NCBI GenBank assembly: GCA_050950825.1
Contig: JBMNIH010000004.1
Coordinates: 640,001 to 704,000, forward strand
Length of the DNA: 64,000 nucleotides
DNA from: Clostridia bacterium
GTDB lineage: Bacteria; Bacillota; Clostridia; JAAYHZ01
Direction: 5' to 3'
The notes under the pieces were generated by a model. The model worked only from the letters and a program-made list of their open reading frames with translations. It was not told the DNA's origin and made no database searches. Made by a program: the position numbers and the translations under genes. Shown here one piece after another: positions 20,895-31,718 of this stretch (positions within the stretch are counted from its first letter, which is position 1; each line of letters begins with the position of its first letter).

Positions 20895-23800
20895 GTTGGC
20901 TAAAGAATTGAATACAAGTAGTAGCAGATTGCTAGAAAAATTAGCTGATCTTGGTGTGCATAAAAATAATCATATGAGTTATATTGAAGAAGATGAGTTA
21001 GAGAAGCTTTACATTGATTTGGGAATCCGAAAAGGAGAAAGCCAAAGCACGGAAGGAAAAACGGCGGCTTCGACGGTAAAAAAAGCCGTAGAGAAAAAGC
21101 CGGTAAAAGCGTCCGTGGTTTTTGAGCCGACAAAGGATCAAGCCGAATCAAGCGGTAAGGGAAGCGAGCCCGTTAAAAAAGTTTCGAAGGAGGCACCGAA
21201 AGGAGCAAAAGGCAAAGGTGCGGAAGCTCCTTCAAAAGGCAAGCCTTCGAGAGATAAGGCCGGTTCGGGAAAACAAGCAAAAGGAAATAAATTTACGGAG
21301 AAGAAAAGGGAAACCGCTCATTCAGGATTGTTAGGCGATATGAAGGTCGTTACCGATGATGATCGCATGAGAATGTTGAAAGAAAAAGCCCGCAGGATGA
21401 GATTGGAAAAAGAAAAAGCGGAAAAGGAAAAGAATGAAGCGGAAAAGCATACCGTATCCGATAAAGCCGTTAAGAGCGAACCGGAAAAGAAGAAGGAACC
21501 GGCAAAAGAAGAGGATACACCCGTTATCAAGATCATAAAGATTGATCCTGAATCCTTGCAGGACCGAAAAGACGATACCGTTGTTCGTAAAGAGCAAAAA
21601 GAAGCTCCGAAGCAAGAACAAGAAGCTAAAATCATAAAAGTCACGAAGATTGAAAAAGAAGTTCATGATAAAAAGGTAGAAGATTCTTCCGCTAAAGAAA
21701 AACCCGTAGCCGCTGCGGAAGACAAGTCCGTAAAAACGGCGACACCGGCGCAGGAAGAGAAAAAAGAACCTACTCCGCCGATCGTGAAAAAAGCGGATAC
21801 GCAGGGATCTTCGGAAGAATCCGCTCCCGTTAAAGAAACGGCCGCTGCGAAGGAGACTTCGGAAAAAGGCCGCGAAGCGGAAGAGAAGCTGCCTTTGCAA
21901 AAGGAACAAGAAAAAGAGAAGAAAACCATTAAATATCCTGCGAGAACGCCTGAACAGGTCAAAAAGCCGGAGCCGGAAGCGCCGGTTCAAGAGCCCGCTG
22001 AAATAAAAAACAAAGGGGCTGCCGACGACAAAGGTGTTCAAAAGAAGGGTGCTGCAGACATCCGCAAGCAGGACCAGAAGAAAAAAGATAAAAAGGATTT
22101 GGATATCCCTAAATTTGATACGGACATCGAGGATATTAAAGGGAAGAGTACCGGAGAGCGCAGAAGCTACAACGCGAAAGACTTTGAAAAGCTGGATAAA
22201 AGGGAACAGAAAAAAGGCTTGGATAAGCCGATAGCGGTTTCAAAGGCCGGTGTAACGAAAAAGAACCGCTTTAAAAAGCCGGACTTTATAATCGGTCAGA
22301 AGAAGGGCATCCATGAAGTGTTGTCCGATGAATTTATTCTCGACGAGTTCTACAATGACGAAATTGATCTTGGAAGAAAGAAAAAGGTAAAGAAGCAAAA
22401 GGCAAGTGCGCCGCCTCCTCCAAGGGAAGTATTAAAGCATGTGGTTTTGCCCGCGGAGATGACGGTAAAGACTTTCAGTGAAAAAATCAAGAAAACCTCC
22501 GCCGAGGTTATTATGAAGCTGATGGATTTGGGCATTATCGCGAATGTCAACCAATCCATCGATTACGAAACGGCTTCCATTGTTGCCGATGAATTCGGCA
22601 TTACCACCGAAAGAGAAGTGGTGGTCACGGCGGAAGACATTTTGTTCGACGACAGTGAAGATAAAGAGGAAGAACTGGAGCCCCGTCCTCCTGTAGTCGT
22701 TGTAATGGGACACGTAGACCATGGTAAAACGTCGCTGTTGGACGCTATCAAGAAGACCAACGTTACGGCGGAAGAAGCCGGAGGCATTACCCAGCATATA
22801 GGGGCTTACATGGTGAATATCAACGGAAGAGACATTACGTTCTTGGACACCCCGGGGCACGAAGCCTTTACATCCATGCGTGCCAGAGGAGCACAGGTTA
22901 CGGATATCGCCATATTGGTGGTAGCCGCCGACGACGGTGTTATGCCTCAGACCGTTGAAGCCATCAACCATGCCAAAGCGGCAGGGGTATCCATTATTGT
23001 GGCTATCAACAAGATTGACAGTCCCAATGCAAATCCGGAGAAGGTAAAACAAGAGCTGACGGAATACGGATTGGTAGCCGAAGAATGGGGCGGAGACACC
23101 ATCTGCGTACCGGTATCGGCATTAAAGCATGAAAATATTGACACGCTGTTGGAAATGGTGCTATTGACGGCGGACATTCTTGAATTGAAGGCTGCGCCCA
23201 ACAAGCAGGCAAAAGGTACCGTCATCGAGTCTCGTTTGGACAGAGCGGCAGGCCCCATAGCGACTCTTTTGGTTCAAAGAGGAACGTTAAAAACGGGAGA
23301 TTCCATCGTTGCCGGTACGGCGGTCGGTCGCGTCCGCAGGATGCAAAACGACAAAGGACAGGATATCGAGGCTGCAGGACCTTCCACACCGGTTGAAATT
23401 CTCGGTTTGGATGAGGTTCCGGAAGCCGGCCAAGAGTTCTATGTGGTGGAAGACGAAAGATTGGCAAGACATCTGGCCGAAGAACGGAAAGAAAAACATC
23501 GTGAATCCACCATCGGCCACAGCAATGCCGAAATCACCCTGGAAGACTTGTTTGACAGGATTCAAGCGGGTACGGTGAAGGAACTGAACGTGATTGTGAA
23601 AGCGGATGTTCACGGTTCCGTAGAAGCCGTAAAACAGTCCTTGGAAAAGCTGTCCAACGCTGAAGTAAAAATCAATATCATCCACGGCGCTGTCGGTACG
23701 GTAAACGAGTCCGACGTTCAATTGGCGGCGGTATCCAATGCCATTATCATCGGATTTAACGTTCGACCTAACGCCAACGTTACCGATTTAGCAAAGGGCA

Positions 23801-24183
23801 TGAAGGTAGACATGAGATTCTATCGTGTCATATACGATGCCATCGAAGATATCCAAGCCGCTATGAAAGGGCTGTTGGATCCGACGTATAAGGAAGTGGT
23901 AACCGGACATGTGGAAATCCGCCAGATCTTTAGAATCTCGGGAGTCGGAACCATTGCGGGTTGCTATGTTACCGACGGGAAGGTCGCTCGAAACGATAAC
24001 GTTCGACTGGTGCGTGACGGTATCGTTATATTCGAAGGGAAATTGGCTTCCCTCAAGCGATTTAAAGACGACGTCAGAGAAGTGCAAAAAGGATACGAAT
24101 GCGGTTTATCCTTGGAAAACTACAATGATATCAAAGAGGGAGACATTATCGAACTCTATGAAATGGTAGAGGTGAATAAATAA
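20872..24183 (+). CDS. infB: Translation initiation factor IF-2 with a long charged N-terminal linker
   Basis: [57 protein letters not shown]. Confidence 0.98.
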   Translation: MAKIRVYELAKELNTSSSRLLEKLADLGVHKNNHMSYIEEDELEKLYIDLGIRKGESQSTEGKTAASTVKKAVEKKPVKASVVFEPTKDQAESSGKGSEPVKKVSKEAPKGAKGKGAEAPSKGKPSRDKAGSGKQAKGNKFTEKKRETAHSGLLGDMKVVTDDDRMRMLKEKARRMRLEKEKAEKEKNEAEKHTVSDKAVKSEPEKKKEPAKEEDTPVIKIIKIDPESLQDRKDDTVVRKEQKEAPKQEQEAKIIKVTKIEKEVHDKKVEDSSAKEKPVAAAEDKSVKTATPAQEEKKEPTPPIVKKADTQGSSEESAPVKETAAAKETSEKGREAEEKLPLQKEQEKEKKTIKYPARTPEQVKKPEPEAPVQEPAEIKNKGAADDKGVQKKGAADIRKQDQKKKDKKDLDIPKFDTDIEDIKGKSTGERRSYNAKDFEKLDKREQKKGLDKPIAVSKAGVTKKNRFKKPDFIIGQKKGIHEVLSDEFILDEFYNDEIDLGRKKKVKKQKASAPPPPREVLKHVVLPAEMTVKTFSEKIKKTSAEVIMKLMDLGIIANVNQSIDYETASIVADEFGITTEREVVVTAEDILFDDSEDKEEELEPRPPVVVVMGHVDHGKTSLLDAIKKTNVTAEEAGGITQHIGAYMVNINGRDITFLDTPGHEAFTSMRARGAQVTDIAILVVAADDGVMPQTVEAINHAKAAGVSIIVAINKIDSPNANPEKVKQELTEYGLVAEEWGGDTICVPVSALKHENIDTLLEMVLLTADILELKAAPNKQAKGTVIESRLDRAAGPIATLLVQRGTLKTGDSIVAGTAVGRVRRMQNDKGQDIEAAGPSTPVEILGLDEVPEAGQEFYVVEDERLARHLAEERKEKHRESTIGHSNAEITLEDLFDRIQAGTVKELNVIVKADVHGSVEAVKQSLEKLSNAEVKINIIHGAVGTVNESDVQLAAVSNAIIIGFNVRPNANVTDLAKGMKVDMRFYRVIYDAIEDIQAAMKGLLDPTYKEVVTGHVEIRQIFRISGVGTIAGCYVTDGKVARNDNVRLVRDGIVIFEGKLASLKRFKDDVREVQKGYECGLSLENYNDIKEGDIIELYEMVEVNK

Positions 24184-24222
24184 GGAGTTACGTCGTCAAC
24201 TCATAAAAAAGGAGTGAAGGAT

Positions 24223-24570
24223 ATGGCTTCTAGAATTGATCGAATATCGCATACGGTAAAAAAGGAATTAAGCGATATCATACAAAATAAATTAAAGGAT
24301 CCGAGAATCCCCGAAATGGTCAGTATAGTCTCGGTGGAAGTTACCGGCGATATGCGGGAAGCTACGTGTTATGTCAGCGTGTACGGCACCGAGGAAGATA
24401 AAGCTCGATGCATGGAAGGGCTGGCAGCGGCACAAGGATTTATTCGTAAGGAATTAGGTGCAAGATTAAATATACGGTATACGCCGAAGGTTACTTTTAA
24501 ATTGGATGACTCCATTGAGCACGGCGCTCATATCAATCTTTTGTTTAAGAAAATAAACGAGGGAAAGTAA
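24223..24570 (+). CDS. rbfA: Ribosome-binding factor A
   Basis: LKDPRI, VEVTGDM, GFIRKELG, RYTPKVTFKLDDS. Confidence 0.95.
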   Translation: MASRIDRISHTVKKELSDIIQNKLKDPRIPEMVSIVSVEVTGDMREATCYVSVYGTEEDKARCMEGLAAAQGFIRKELGARLNIRYTPKVTFKLDDSIEHGAHINLLFKKINEGK

Positions 24571-24586
24571 AAGAAAATATCGGAAA

Positions 24587-24619
24587 AGAATGCCTTGTCG
24601 AAAACGGCAAGGCATTTTT
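24587..24619 (+). terminator. Terminator-like hairpin after rbfA
   Basis: AGAATGCCTTGTCG-AAAA-CGGCAAGGCATTTTT. Confidence 0.65.
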
Positions 24620-24639
24620 CAGAAAGAGAACGGTGTCAT

Positions 24640-25608
24640 ATGCAGGAAATTATCAAGGCTGTGAAAGATGCTCAAACAATTGCCATATTTCCCCATATCA
24701 TGGCGGACGGTGATGCCATCGGAAGCTCTCTGGCATTGAAAGAGTTCTTAGACAGGCAGGGGAAAACAACTTACATCATCTATGAAGAGGAATGCTCCTA
24801 TAAATACCAATTTCTCTTCCGAGAAAAAAAACAGCGCTACATTTATCCGGATGTACCGGCAAAAAGGTTTGATTTGGCTATTTCCATCGACAGCGGCGAC
24901 ATGAGCATGCTAGGTAAAAGAGCCGAATTGTATAAATCCGCGCCGATAACCGTCAATATGGATCACCATAAAACCAACAAGATGTATGGGGATTTGAATT
25001 ATGTATCGCTGTCTTCGGCGGCTGCGGGAGAGATCATATACGATTTTTTAGTTTCCTATGATCCGGGATACGTTCCGGATACCTTTACGGCTTCATGTCT
25101 GTATACGGCGATTACGACGGATACAGGCGGGTTTCGCTATGCAAATACAACGAAAAGAACCCATGAAATTGCCGGTATATTGACCGACTGCGGTATTGAT
25201 GTTGAATACATCTGTAAGCAGGTTTTCGATTTGATGCCAAAGCCCCAAATGGAGCTTTTAAAGCGGGTACTGCCGAAGGCGTCCCTTGTCCATAACGGCA
25301 AAATCGGAATCATTCGAATTACTCGGAAAGACTACGAAGAAGTCGGCGCGAAAGAAGAGCACAGCGACGGATTCGTCGACTATGTTCGGAACGTGGAAGG
25401 CGTGGAGGTTGCCATCTCTTTCAAGGAAACCCGGGACGGAAAGGTAAAGGTCAGCTTTCGCAGCTCCGGTGTTGTGGACGTTTCCGAAACGGCTCGCCGG
25501 TTTAACGGCGGCGGTCATGAAAATGCCGCCGGATGTACGGTGGAAGGAGACCTTAGGCATGTGGAAGAAGAGGTTGTTCAATACTTGTTAGGGAGCATGG
25601 CGCCGTGA
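24640..25608 (+). CDS. nrnA: DHH/DHHA1 bifunctional oligoribonuclease/PAP phosphatase
   Basis: HIMADGDAIGS, MDHH, TDTGGF, VSFRS, GGGHENAAG. Confidence 0.92.
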   Translation: MQEIIKAVKDAQTIAIFPHIMADGDAIGSSLALKEFLDRQGKTTYIIYEEECSYKYQFLFREKKQRYIYPDVPAKRFDLAISIDSGDMSMLGKRAELYKSAPITVNMDHHKTNKMYGDLNYVSLSSAAAGEIIYDFLVSYDPGYVPDTFTASCLYTAITTDTGGFRYANTTKRTHEIAGILTDCGIDVEYICKQVFDLMPKPQMELLKRVLPKASLVHNGKIGIIRITRKDYEEVGAKEEHSDGFVDYVRNVEGVEVAISFKETRDGKVKVSFRSSGVVDVSETARRFNGGGHENAAGCTVEGDLRHVEEEVVQYLLGSMAP

Positions 25609-26546
25609 TAGACGGAACATTGGCATGCGGCGTTGTAAACTTATACAAGCCTGCGGGAATCACTTCATTTCAAGCCGTCTCGCAAGTGAAGAGGCTTTTG
25701 AATGTAAAAAAGTGCGGCCACGCCGGTACATTGGATCCGGATGCGGAAGGCGTTTTGCCCGTATTCATCGGTTCGGCGACCGGAGCTTGCGCTTATTTGG
25801 AAGACGAGCAAAAGGAATATCTTGCGGAGATTCTTTTGGGGATTTCCACGGATACGGACGATATATCGGGCCGCGTTACTTGCGTATCGGATTACAATAT
25901 TCCTTATTCGACGGTCGAAGCGTGTATAAAGGAGTTTACGGGAGAAATCATCCAAAAGCCGCCGATTTATTCGGCAATTAAGGTCGAAGGAAGAAAATTA
26001 TACGAATACGCAAGAAAAAATGCCGAGGTTGAAATACCCGAAAGAAAAGTCACCGTATATTCCATAACCATAGAAGAAGAGCCTTCGATTCGAAAGGTTT
26101 CGGTGGATGGGAAAGAGTACATGGCATCTTGTTTCAAAGGTTTGGTAAAATGCTCGAGAGGTACCTACATAAGAAGTCTTTGTCGGGATATCGGAATCGC
26201 GGCAGGCACTTGCGGCTGCATGGGTAAGCTGGTACGCACCCGATCCGGACCCTACCGAATCGAGGATTCCCTTCGCTTCGAAGAGCTGCAGGAAAAGGGC
26301 CAAAAGGCTTTGCTTCCGGTAGCGGACTTGTTTGAAAAGTATGAGAAGATTGTTTTGAACAACAAGGAAACGAAAGATTACCTAGACGGTAAAAAAATAG
26401 CTTTGAAAAGAAAAATCGATAAAGAAAGGCAAACGGTGTCCGTATATACCCAAGACCAAGGGTTTATCGGATTAGGGGAGCTTGTTATCATGGATTCTTT
26501 GAGTTATTTAAAGGGGAAAAAACTGTTTTGCCATCCGTATAGATAA
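25605..26546 (+). CDS. truB: tRNA pseudouridine(55) synthase
   Basis: KPAGITS, GHAGTLDPDAEGVL, PPIYSAIKVEG, CSRGTYIRSLCRD. Confidence 0.96.
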   Translation: MIDGTLACGVVNLYKPAGITSFQAVSQVKRLLNVKKCGHAGTLDPDAEGVLPVFIGSATGACAYLEDEQKEYLAEILLGISTDTDDISGRVTCVSDYNIPYSTVEACIKEFTGEIIQKPPIYSAIKVEGRKLYEYARKNAEVEIPERKVTVYSITIEEEPSIRKVSVDGKEYMASCFKGLVKCSRGTYIRSLCRDIGIAAGTCGCMGKLVRTRSGPYRIEDSLRFEELQEKGQKALLPVADLFEKYEKIVLNNKETKDYLDGKKIALKRKIDKERQTVSVYTQDQGFIGLGELVIMDSLSYLKGKKLFCHPYR

Positions 26547-26556
26547 GAGGTTCGAA

Positions 26557-27486
26557 ATGGAAGTATTTTACGGTAGAACAAATCCGAATTTTAAAACGGA
26601 CCGCCCAAGCGGTTTAGGGCTCGGTAACTTTGACGGTTTGCATTTGGGACATATGAAATTGATCAATACGTTAACCGGTATTTGCAAGGAACGGAATCTT
26701 ACGTCATGGATTTATACCTTCGAAGAGCATCCGTCCGTTGTGTTGGAGCCGGAGCCTGTCCCTCTCATTATTACGAACGAGCAAAAAATCGAAACGGCAA
26801 AAGTCGCCGGAGTAGAAAATATCTTTTTCGATGTTTTTGATCGAGAGTATGCGGATCTTTCACCGAAAGAATTCATCCACGATATTTTAATCGCAAAATT
26901 CAATGCCAAATTGATCGTTGCCGGATTTAATTTCTTCTTCGGAAAAGACGGTAAAGGGAATACCGAGCTATTGAAAAAAGAAGGGCAGCGACACGGCTTT
27001 GATGTGATTATTATACCGCCGGTTATTCTAAACGGCGAAGTCGTCAGCAGTACCGCCGTCCGAAGCTTGATTTCAAACGGAAACATCCCGAAGGCTAACG
27101 AAATGCTGGGACGAACCTATTCCATGACCGGTATAGTTACCCAAGGAAATCGGTTAGGTACTCATTTAGGGTTGCCTACCGCCAATATCATACCGGATCG
27201 CAAGTATTTGATGCCTCAAAGAGGGGTGTATGTAACCGATACGTATTATAAAGGGAAAAAGTATCGGTCGGTAACCAACATCGGTATCCGACCTACCGTA
27301 TCGGATAGCAATACGGTATCCATTGAAACCCATTTGATCGGATATAACGAGGGGTTTATGTATGATCATGAAATCGTTATCGAGTTTAAATACAAGATCC
27401 GAGACGAAATGCGATTTGACGGTTTTGACTCGTTGGTAGCGCAAGTTAAGAACGATATCGCCTTTGCGATTAACTATAAAGATTGA
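26557..27486 (+). CDS. ribF: Bifunctional riboflavin kinase/FAD synthetase
   Basis: GNFDGLHLGH, SSTAVR, GLPTANI, NIGIRPT, IETHL, IRDEMRF. Confidence 0.96.
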   Translation: MEVFYGRTNPNFKTDRPSGLGLGNFDGLHLGHMKLINTLTGICKERNLTSWIYTFEEHPSVVLEPEPVPLIITNEQKIETAKVAGVENIFFDVFDREYADLSPKEFIHDILIAKFNAKLIVAGFNFFFGKDGKGNTELLKKEGQRHGFDVIIIPPVILNGEVVSSTAVRSLISNGNIPKANEMLGRTYSMTGIVTQGNRLGTHLGLPTANIIPDRKYLMPQRGVYVTDTYYKGKKYRSVTNIGIRPTVSDSNTVSIETHLIGYNEGFMYDHEIVIEFKYKIRDEMRFDGFDSLVAQVKNDIAFAINYKD

Positions 27487-27543
27487 CTTGCGAATGTGTT
27501 ATAATATCCAAGAATACGATTTGCAGTTGGAAGGGGTGCAAGA

Positions 27544-28623
27544 ATGTCATTTATTCAATTTCCGAATCTTTTTGGAGGAGTGACGCTGTACATTGAAAGG
27601 GTAGCTTTTCGGCTGTTTGGAATACCCATTTTCTGGTACGGTTTGCTTATCGCTTTCGGATTTGCATTATCATTGATTTTGGCGGGAGCATCCGCTCGTA
27701 AGTTCAAAATCAACAAAGACGATTTGTACGATATTATATTATTCAGTGCACCGGTTGCCATTGTCTGTGCCCGATTGTTTTATGTCATATTCGATTGGCA
27801 GACGTTCAAAGGCAATATCGGTGCCATTTTTGATTTCAGGCAAGGAGGCCTGGCCATCTACGGAGCTGTCATCGGAGCTTTCGTTACGGGATATTTCGTC
27901 AGCAAAAAGAAGAAGCTGATACCTTTGCGCATTTTTGATTTTGCCGCACCTTACTTTGCATTATCCCAATCCATCGGCAGATGGGGTAACTTCGTGAACC
28001 AAGAAGCCTTCGGCGTAAACACAAATTTACCTTGGGGAATGACCGGGGATCGAATCAGCAGTTATCTTCGCAGCCGACAAAACGATTTGGCCGCTCAAGG
28101 CATAATTGTCAACCCGGATTTACCGGTTCATCCTACGTTTTTGTACGAGTCTTTGTGGAATTTTGCAGCATTCTTTCTTTTAATATGGCTGCGTAAAAAC
28201 AAAAAACTGGACGGGGAAGTCTTTTTCGGATACATGTTTTTATACGGACTTGGCAGAAGCTGGATTGAAGGTCTTCGTACGGACAGCCTTATGTTAGGGT
28301 CCTTCCGTATATCTCAGTTATTGGCCGTATTGTTCGTTCTTGTTTTTGGCGCCCTGTTTGTCATACGCAGAAAGAAGTTACCGCATCTTATACAGTCGGA
28401 ATTTTATGATCCCGATTACGTTTTCCCGGAAATTACCGAATCGAAAAAAGAGGAGAAAAAAGATAAGTCCGAATATTCCGATTTGGTACAAGTAATAAAA
28501 GGGCAATCCGAAGAAAAAACAACCGACGACGATTCGAATCCCGACGAGGAGGAAGACGTAGAGGAGCAAGAATCGGAAGACTTAAATGAGAAAGCAGAGG
28601 ATGAATCCTCTATTCATGAATAA
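27544..28623 (+). CDS. lgt: Prolipoprotein diacylglyceryl transferase with an acidic C-terminal tail
   Basis: WYG, ARLFYV, GGLAIYG, QSIGRWGNFVNQEAFG, HPTFLYES, EGLRTD. Confidence 0.96.
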   Translation: MSFIQFPNLFGGVTLYIERVAFRLFGIPIFWYGLLIAFGFALSLILAGASARKFKINKDDLYDIILFSAPVAIVCARLFYVIFDWQTFKGNIGAIFDFRQGGLAIYGAVIGAFVTGYFVSKKKKLIPLRIFDFAAPYFALSQSIGRWGNFVNQEAFGVNTNLPWGMTGDRISSYLRSRQNDLAAQGIIVNPDLPVHPTFLYESLWNFAAFFLLIWLRKNKKLDGEVFFGYMFLYGLGRSWIEGLRTDSLMLGSFRISQLLAVLFVLVFGALFVIRRKKLPHLIQSEFYDPDYVFPEITESKKEEKKDKSEYSDLVQVIKGQSEEKTTDDDSNPDEEEDVEEQESEDLNEKAEDESSIHE

Positions 28624-28653
28624 ACTAACATCATATAACGAGGAGTGTAGGCC

Positions 28654-29850
28654 ATGAAAAAATTTAAGATCTATAACGGGAAAGTAATTACGCCCTATAA
28701 AGTCATCAATGACGGATGCGTGATTATTGAAGGTCAAAAAATCAGCTATGTCGGGAACGAGAACATCCAATCCGATGATTTTGTTGAAATAGATGCAAAA
28801 GGATTGTATATTTCTCCGGGGTTCATCGATATTCACACCCACGGCGGCGGAGATGCGGATTTTATGGACGGAACCGTGGAAGCGTACATTAAAGCTTCCG
28901 AATGCCATGCACAGCATGGAACAACTTCCATTATACCCACCACGTTGTCCAGCTCCAACGAAGAGTTGAAAAACACGTTTTCCGTGTTTAAAGCGGCGAA
29001 AAATTCCGATCATAACGGTGCCGATTTTGTAGGCTTCCATTTGGAAGGTCCCTATTTCAGCATGGAGCAAAAGGGGGCCCAAGATCCGAGATACATCAAG
29101 GATCCTACCATCGAAGAGGCGGAAGAAATATTAAGCTGGACCGATGATATCATAAGGTGGAGTATGGCTCCGGAATTAAAGGGCGCAATGGCCGTCGGCC
29201 GCATGCTGACCCAAAGAGGCATTTTGCCTGCCATCGCTCATTCCAATGCCGTTTATTCCGAAGTCCAAGAGGCTTTTGAAAACGGATTTACCCATGTGAC
29301 CCATTTGTATTCCGGAATGTCCATGGTTCGAAGAATAAATGCCTACCGTTATGCCGGCGTGGTCGAAAGCGCGTACTTGATTGACGATATGACGGTAGAA
29401 ATCATTGCAGACGGAAGTCATTTGCCTGCAAGCCTTTTGAAGCTGATTTATAAAATCAAAGGGCCTTCTCATATCGCTTTGATCACGGATTCCATGAGGG
29501 GAGCCGGGATGCCGGAAGGCAAGTCCATCTTGGGAAGCCTTAAAAACGGTATGGAGGTTGTTATCGAAGACGGAGTGGCGAAGCTGCTTGATCGAACGGC
29601 ATTTGCAGGAAGCGTAGCTACCGCCGACCGTTTGGTCCGTAATATGATTCAATTGGCCGATGTACCCTTGACGGATGCCGTACGAATGATGACCTCGACA
29701 CCTGCGAGAATTATGAATATCGACAAAGAAAAAGGAAGCTTGCTGCCGGGTAAAGATGCCGATATCGTTATTTTCGACGGAAACATTAACGTTCAATTTA
29801 CCATGGTAAAAGGAAAGATTGTAAAAAATGCAATTGGTAGCAAAGGTTAA
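28654..29850 (+). CDS. nagA: N-acetylglucosamine-6-phosphate deacetylase
   Basis: PGFIDIHTHG, HLEGPY, KGAQ, APE, AHS, THLYSGM, IIADGSH, LITDS, AGS. Confidence 0.93.
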   Translation: MKKFKIYNGKVITPYKVINDGCVIIEGQKISYVGNENIQSDDFVEIDAKGLYISPGFIDIHTHGGGDADFMDGTVEAYIKASECHAQHGTTSIIPTTLSSSNEELKNTFSVFKAAKNSDHNGADFVGFHLEGPYFSMEQKGAQDPRYIKDPTIEEAEEILSWTDDIIRWSMAPELKGAMAVGRMLTQRGILPAIAHSNAVYSEVQEAFENGFTHVTHLYSGMSMVRRINAYRYAGVVESAYLIDDMTVEIIADGSHLPASLLKLIYKIKGPSHIALITDSMRGAGMPEGKSILGSLKNGMEVVIEDGVAKLLDRTAFAGSVATADRLVRNMIQLADVPLTDAVRMMTSTPARIMNIDKEKGSLLPGKDADIVIFDGNINVQFTMVKGKIVKNAIGSKG

Positions 29851-30970
29851 GGCCGTTGACCACATAAAAAAGTTTGATTATATATTGTTTCTTACGATGA
29901 TCGCCATTACCGTATTCGGCTTGGTGGTTTTAAAAAGCGCCACTTACAGTATGAAGTACGGTGCAAGTATATACAAAACCCAAGTGTACATGGCGATCGC
30001 CGGTACCTTGATTTGCTTGTTCCTGAATTTTATTGATTACAGGATCTTTAAAGCTTTCGCCTTATTATTTTATTTTATAAGCATAGCCTTGCTTGGTGCA
30101 CTGTTTTTTGTAGGTGAAGGCCGAGACGAAGTGGGAGCCGTAAGCTGGTTGTCCATACCGGGTTTGATTAAGTTTCAGCCTGCAGAGGTTGCGAAAATCA
30201 CTTACGTTTTGCTTCTTGCGCTTCTTTTGGAAAAAATGAGGACGGCGGAGAAGAAGATCAAATACTATTTTATGTTTATCGTATTTTCCGTTATCCCCGT
30301 AGCTTTGATCGCCAAACAGCCGGATTTGGGTACGGCCTTTGCATTTGTCGTCAGTTTTGCCGTTATGTTGTTTACATTCGGTATCAAATTTCGTTACATC
30401 TTGATTGGAGGAGGGGTTTTAGGAGCCGCTTTTCCTATCGTTTGGCGATTTGTATTGAAGCCTTACCAAAAAAACCGCTTTTTATCGCTACTGCAGCCGG
30501 AATTGCAATCGGCGGACGATTTGTATCAAATTAATAAGGCAAAAACGGCTATAAGCTCCGGTCAGTGGTTCGGACAAGGGCTTTTTAACGGGATTCAGAC
30601 CCAAAACAACGGTATTCCCATTAAAGAATCGGATTTCATTTTCTCCGTGGTGGGAGAAGAGTTGGGATTCATTGGAGCCGGTATATTATTGATACTGTTT
30701 ACCGTTCTTATTATTCGCATCTTTTATATCGCGTCGACTGCCGACGACTTGTACGGCTCTTTCATTGCAGCGGGATTCGGCGGGATTTACATGTACCATT
30801 TCCTTCAGAACGTAGGAATGAACATCGGATTGCTTCCCATTACGGGGATTCCCCTCCCTTTTGTCAGCGCAGGAGGCAGCGCCCTGATTACGAATTTTAT
30901 TGCCATGGGAATCGTATTAAGCATTTCCGTGCGCAGAAGCGAAGGAATGTTTGAAAAAGAGGGAATTTAG
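29828..30970 (+). CDS. rodA: SEDS family peptidoglycan polymerase (RodA-like)
   Basis: FQPAEVAK, KQPDLGT, LKPYQKNR, SDFIFSVVGEELGF, GLLPITGIPLPFVSAGGS; exact start uncertain. Confidence 0.88.
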   Translation: MQLVAKVKAVDHIKKFDYILFLTMIAITVFGLVVLKSATYSMKYGASIYKTQVYMAIAGTLICLFLNFIDYRIFKAFALLFYFISIALLGALFFVGEGRDEVGAVSWLSIPGLIKFQPAEVAKITYVLLLALLLEKMRTAEKKIKYYFMFIVFSVIPVALIAKQPDLGTAFAFVVSFAVMLFTFGIKFRYILIGGGVLGAAFPIVWRFVLKPYQKNRFLSLLQPELQSADDLYQINKAKTAISSGQWFGQGLFNGIQTQNNGIPIKESDFIFSVVGEELGFIGAGILLILFTVLIIRIFYIASTADDLYGSFIAAGFGGIYMYHFLQNVGMNIGLLPITGIPLPFVSAGGSALITNFIAMGIVLSISVRRSEGMFEKEGI

Positions 30971-31130
30971 AGTAAATTTTAAATAAATTATTGAAAAATT
31001 ATTAAAGCTTTTTATCACCATATGTAGTGCGTTTTGAAAAAACTGCGTTACATATGGTGTTTTTTTATGCTTTTCAGTGCGTTTAAAATAGATGAATTTT
31101 GTCGGATTGTTTTTTTTATTGAAAAAACGC

Positions 31131-31200
31131 TTGAAATATTTATACGTATACTCTAAAATAAAAGCAAGTGGTGAATTGTGGTGGATAATGCCACATAGTG
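31131..31200 (+). promoter_or_regulatory. mraZ/dcw promoter with MraZ-binding repeats
   Basis: TTGAAA-17-TAAAAT (31131-31159), followed by GTGGTG at 31168 and 31178 and GTG at 31198 (10-bp phasing typical of MraZ sites). Confidence 0.7.
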
Positions 31201-31240
31201 AATGCAAATCCCACAAACAATAAAAAAATGGGGAACCGAT

Positions 31241-31678
31241 ATGCCGGGTTTTAACGGTGAGTTTAGCCACACGATGGATGCCAAAGGGCGGGTGATTATA
31301 CCTGCAAAGTATCGTGAAGGCCTTGGTGAAGAATTTATATTAACCAAGGGCTTGGACCGGTGTTTGGTTTTATACCCCATGGAGCATTGGGCTGAACTGG
31401 AGAAAAAGCTGTCACAGTTGTCTATTGCCGATTACAACTCCAGATTCTACAGAAGGTTTTTCTCCGCCGGCGCCACCAATTGCGAATTGGACAAACAGGG
31501 AAGAATACTGATCCCTCAGAACTTAAGGGAATATGCCGGTTTGGATAAAGATGTGACCATCATAGGTGCCATCAATACGGTGGAAATTTGGGATACCGCC
31601 GCTTACAACGAATTTATGCAAAAGAATTTGGGCAACATGGATAAGATAGCGATTCAAATGGCCGAAATGGGATTCTGA
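31241..31678 (+). CDS. mraZ: Division/cell wall cluster transcriptional regulator MraZ
   Basis: DAKGRVIIPAKYR, GLDRCL, LDKQGRILIP, VEIW. Confidence 0.96.
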   Translation: MPGFNGEFSHTMDAKGRVIIPAKYREGLGEEFILTKGLDRCLVLYPMEHWAELEKKLSQLSIADYNSRFYRRFFSAGATNCELDKQGRILIPQNLREYAGLDKDVTIIGAINTVEIWDTAAYNEFMQKNLGNMDKIAIQMAEMGF

Positions 31679-31718
31679 CGAGTAAACGTGAATTCTTTTG
31701 GCCGAATTGAGGTGGACA

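Noticed and set aside
20900-23721. Long antisense ORFs over infB (e.g. 21331-22041, Phe/Arg-rich)
   Set aside because: Shadow frames of Lys/Glu-rich coding sequence; no motifs
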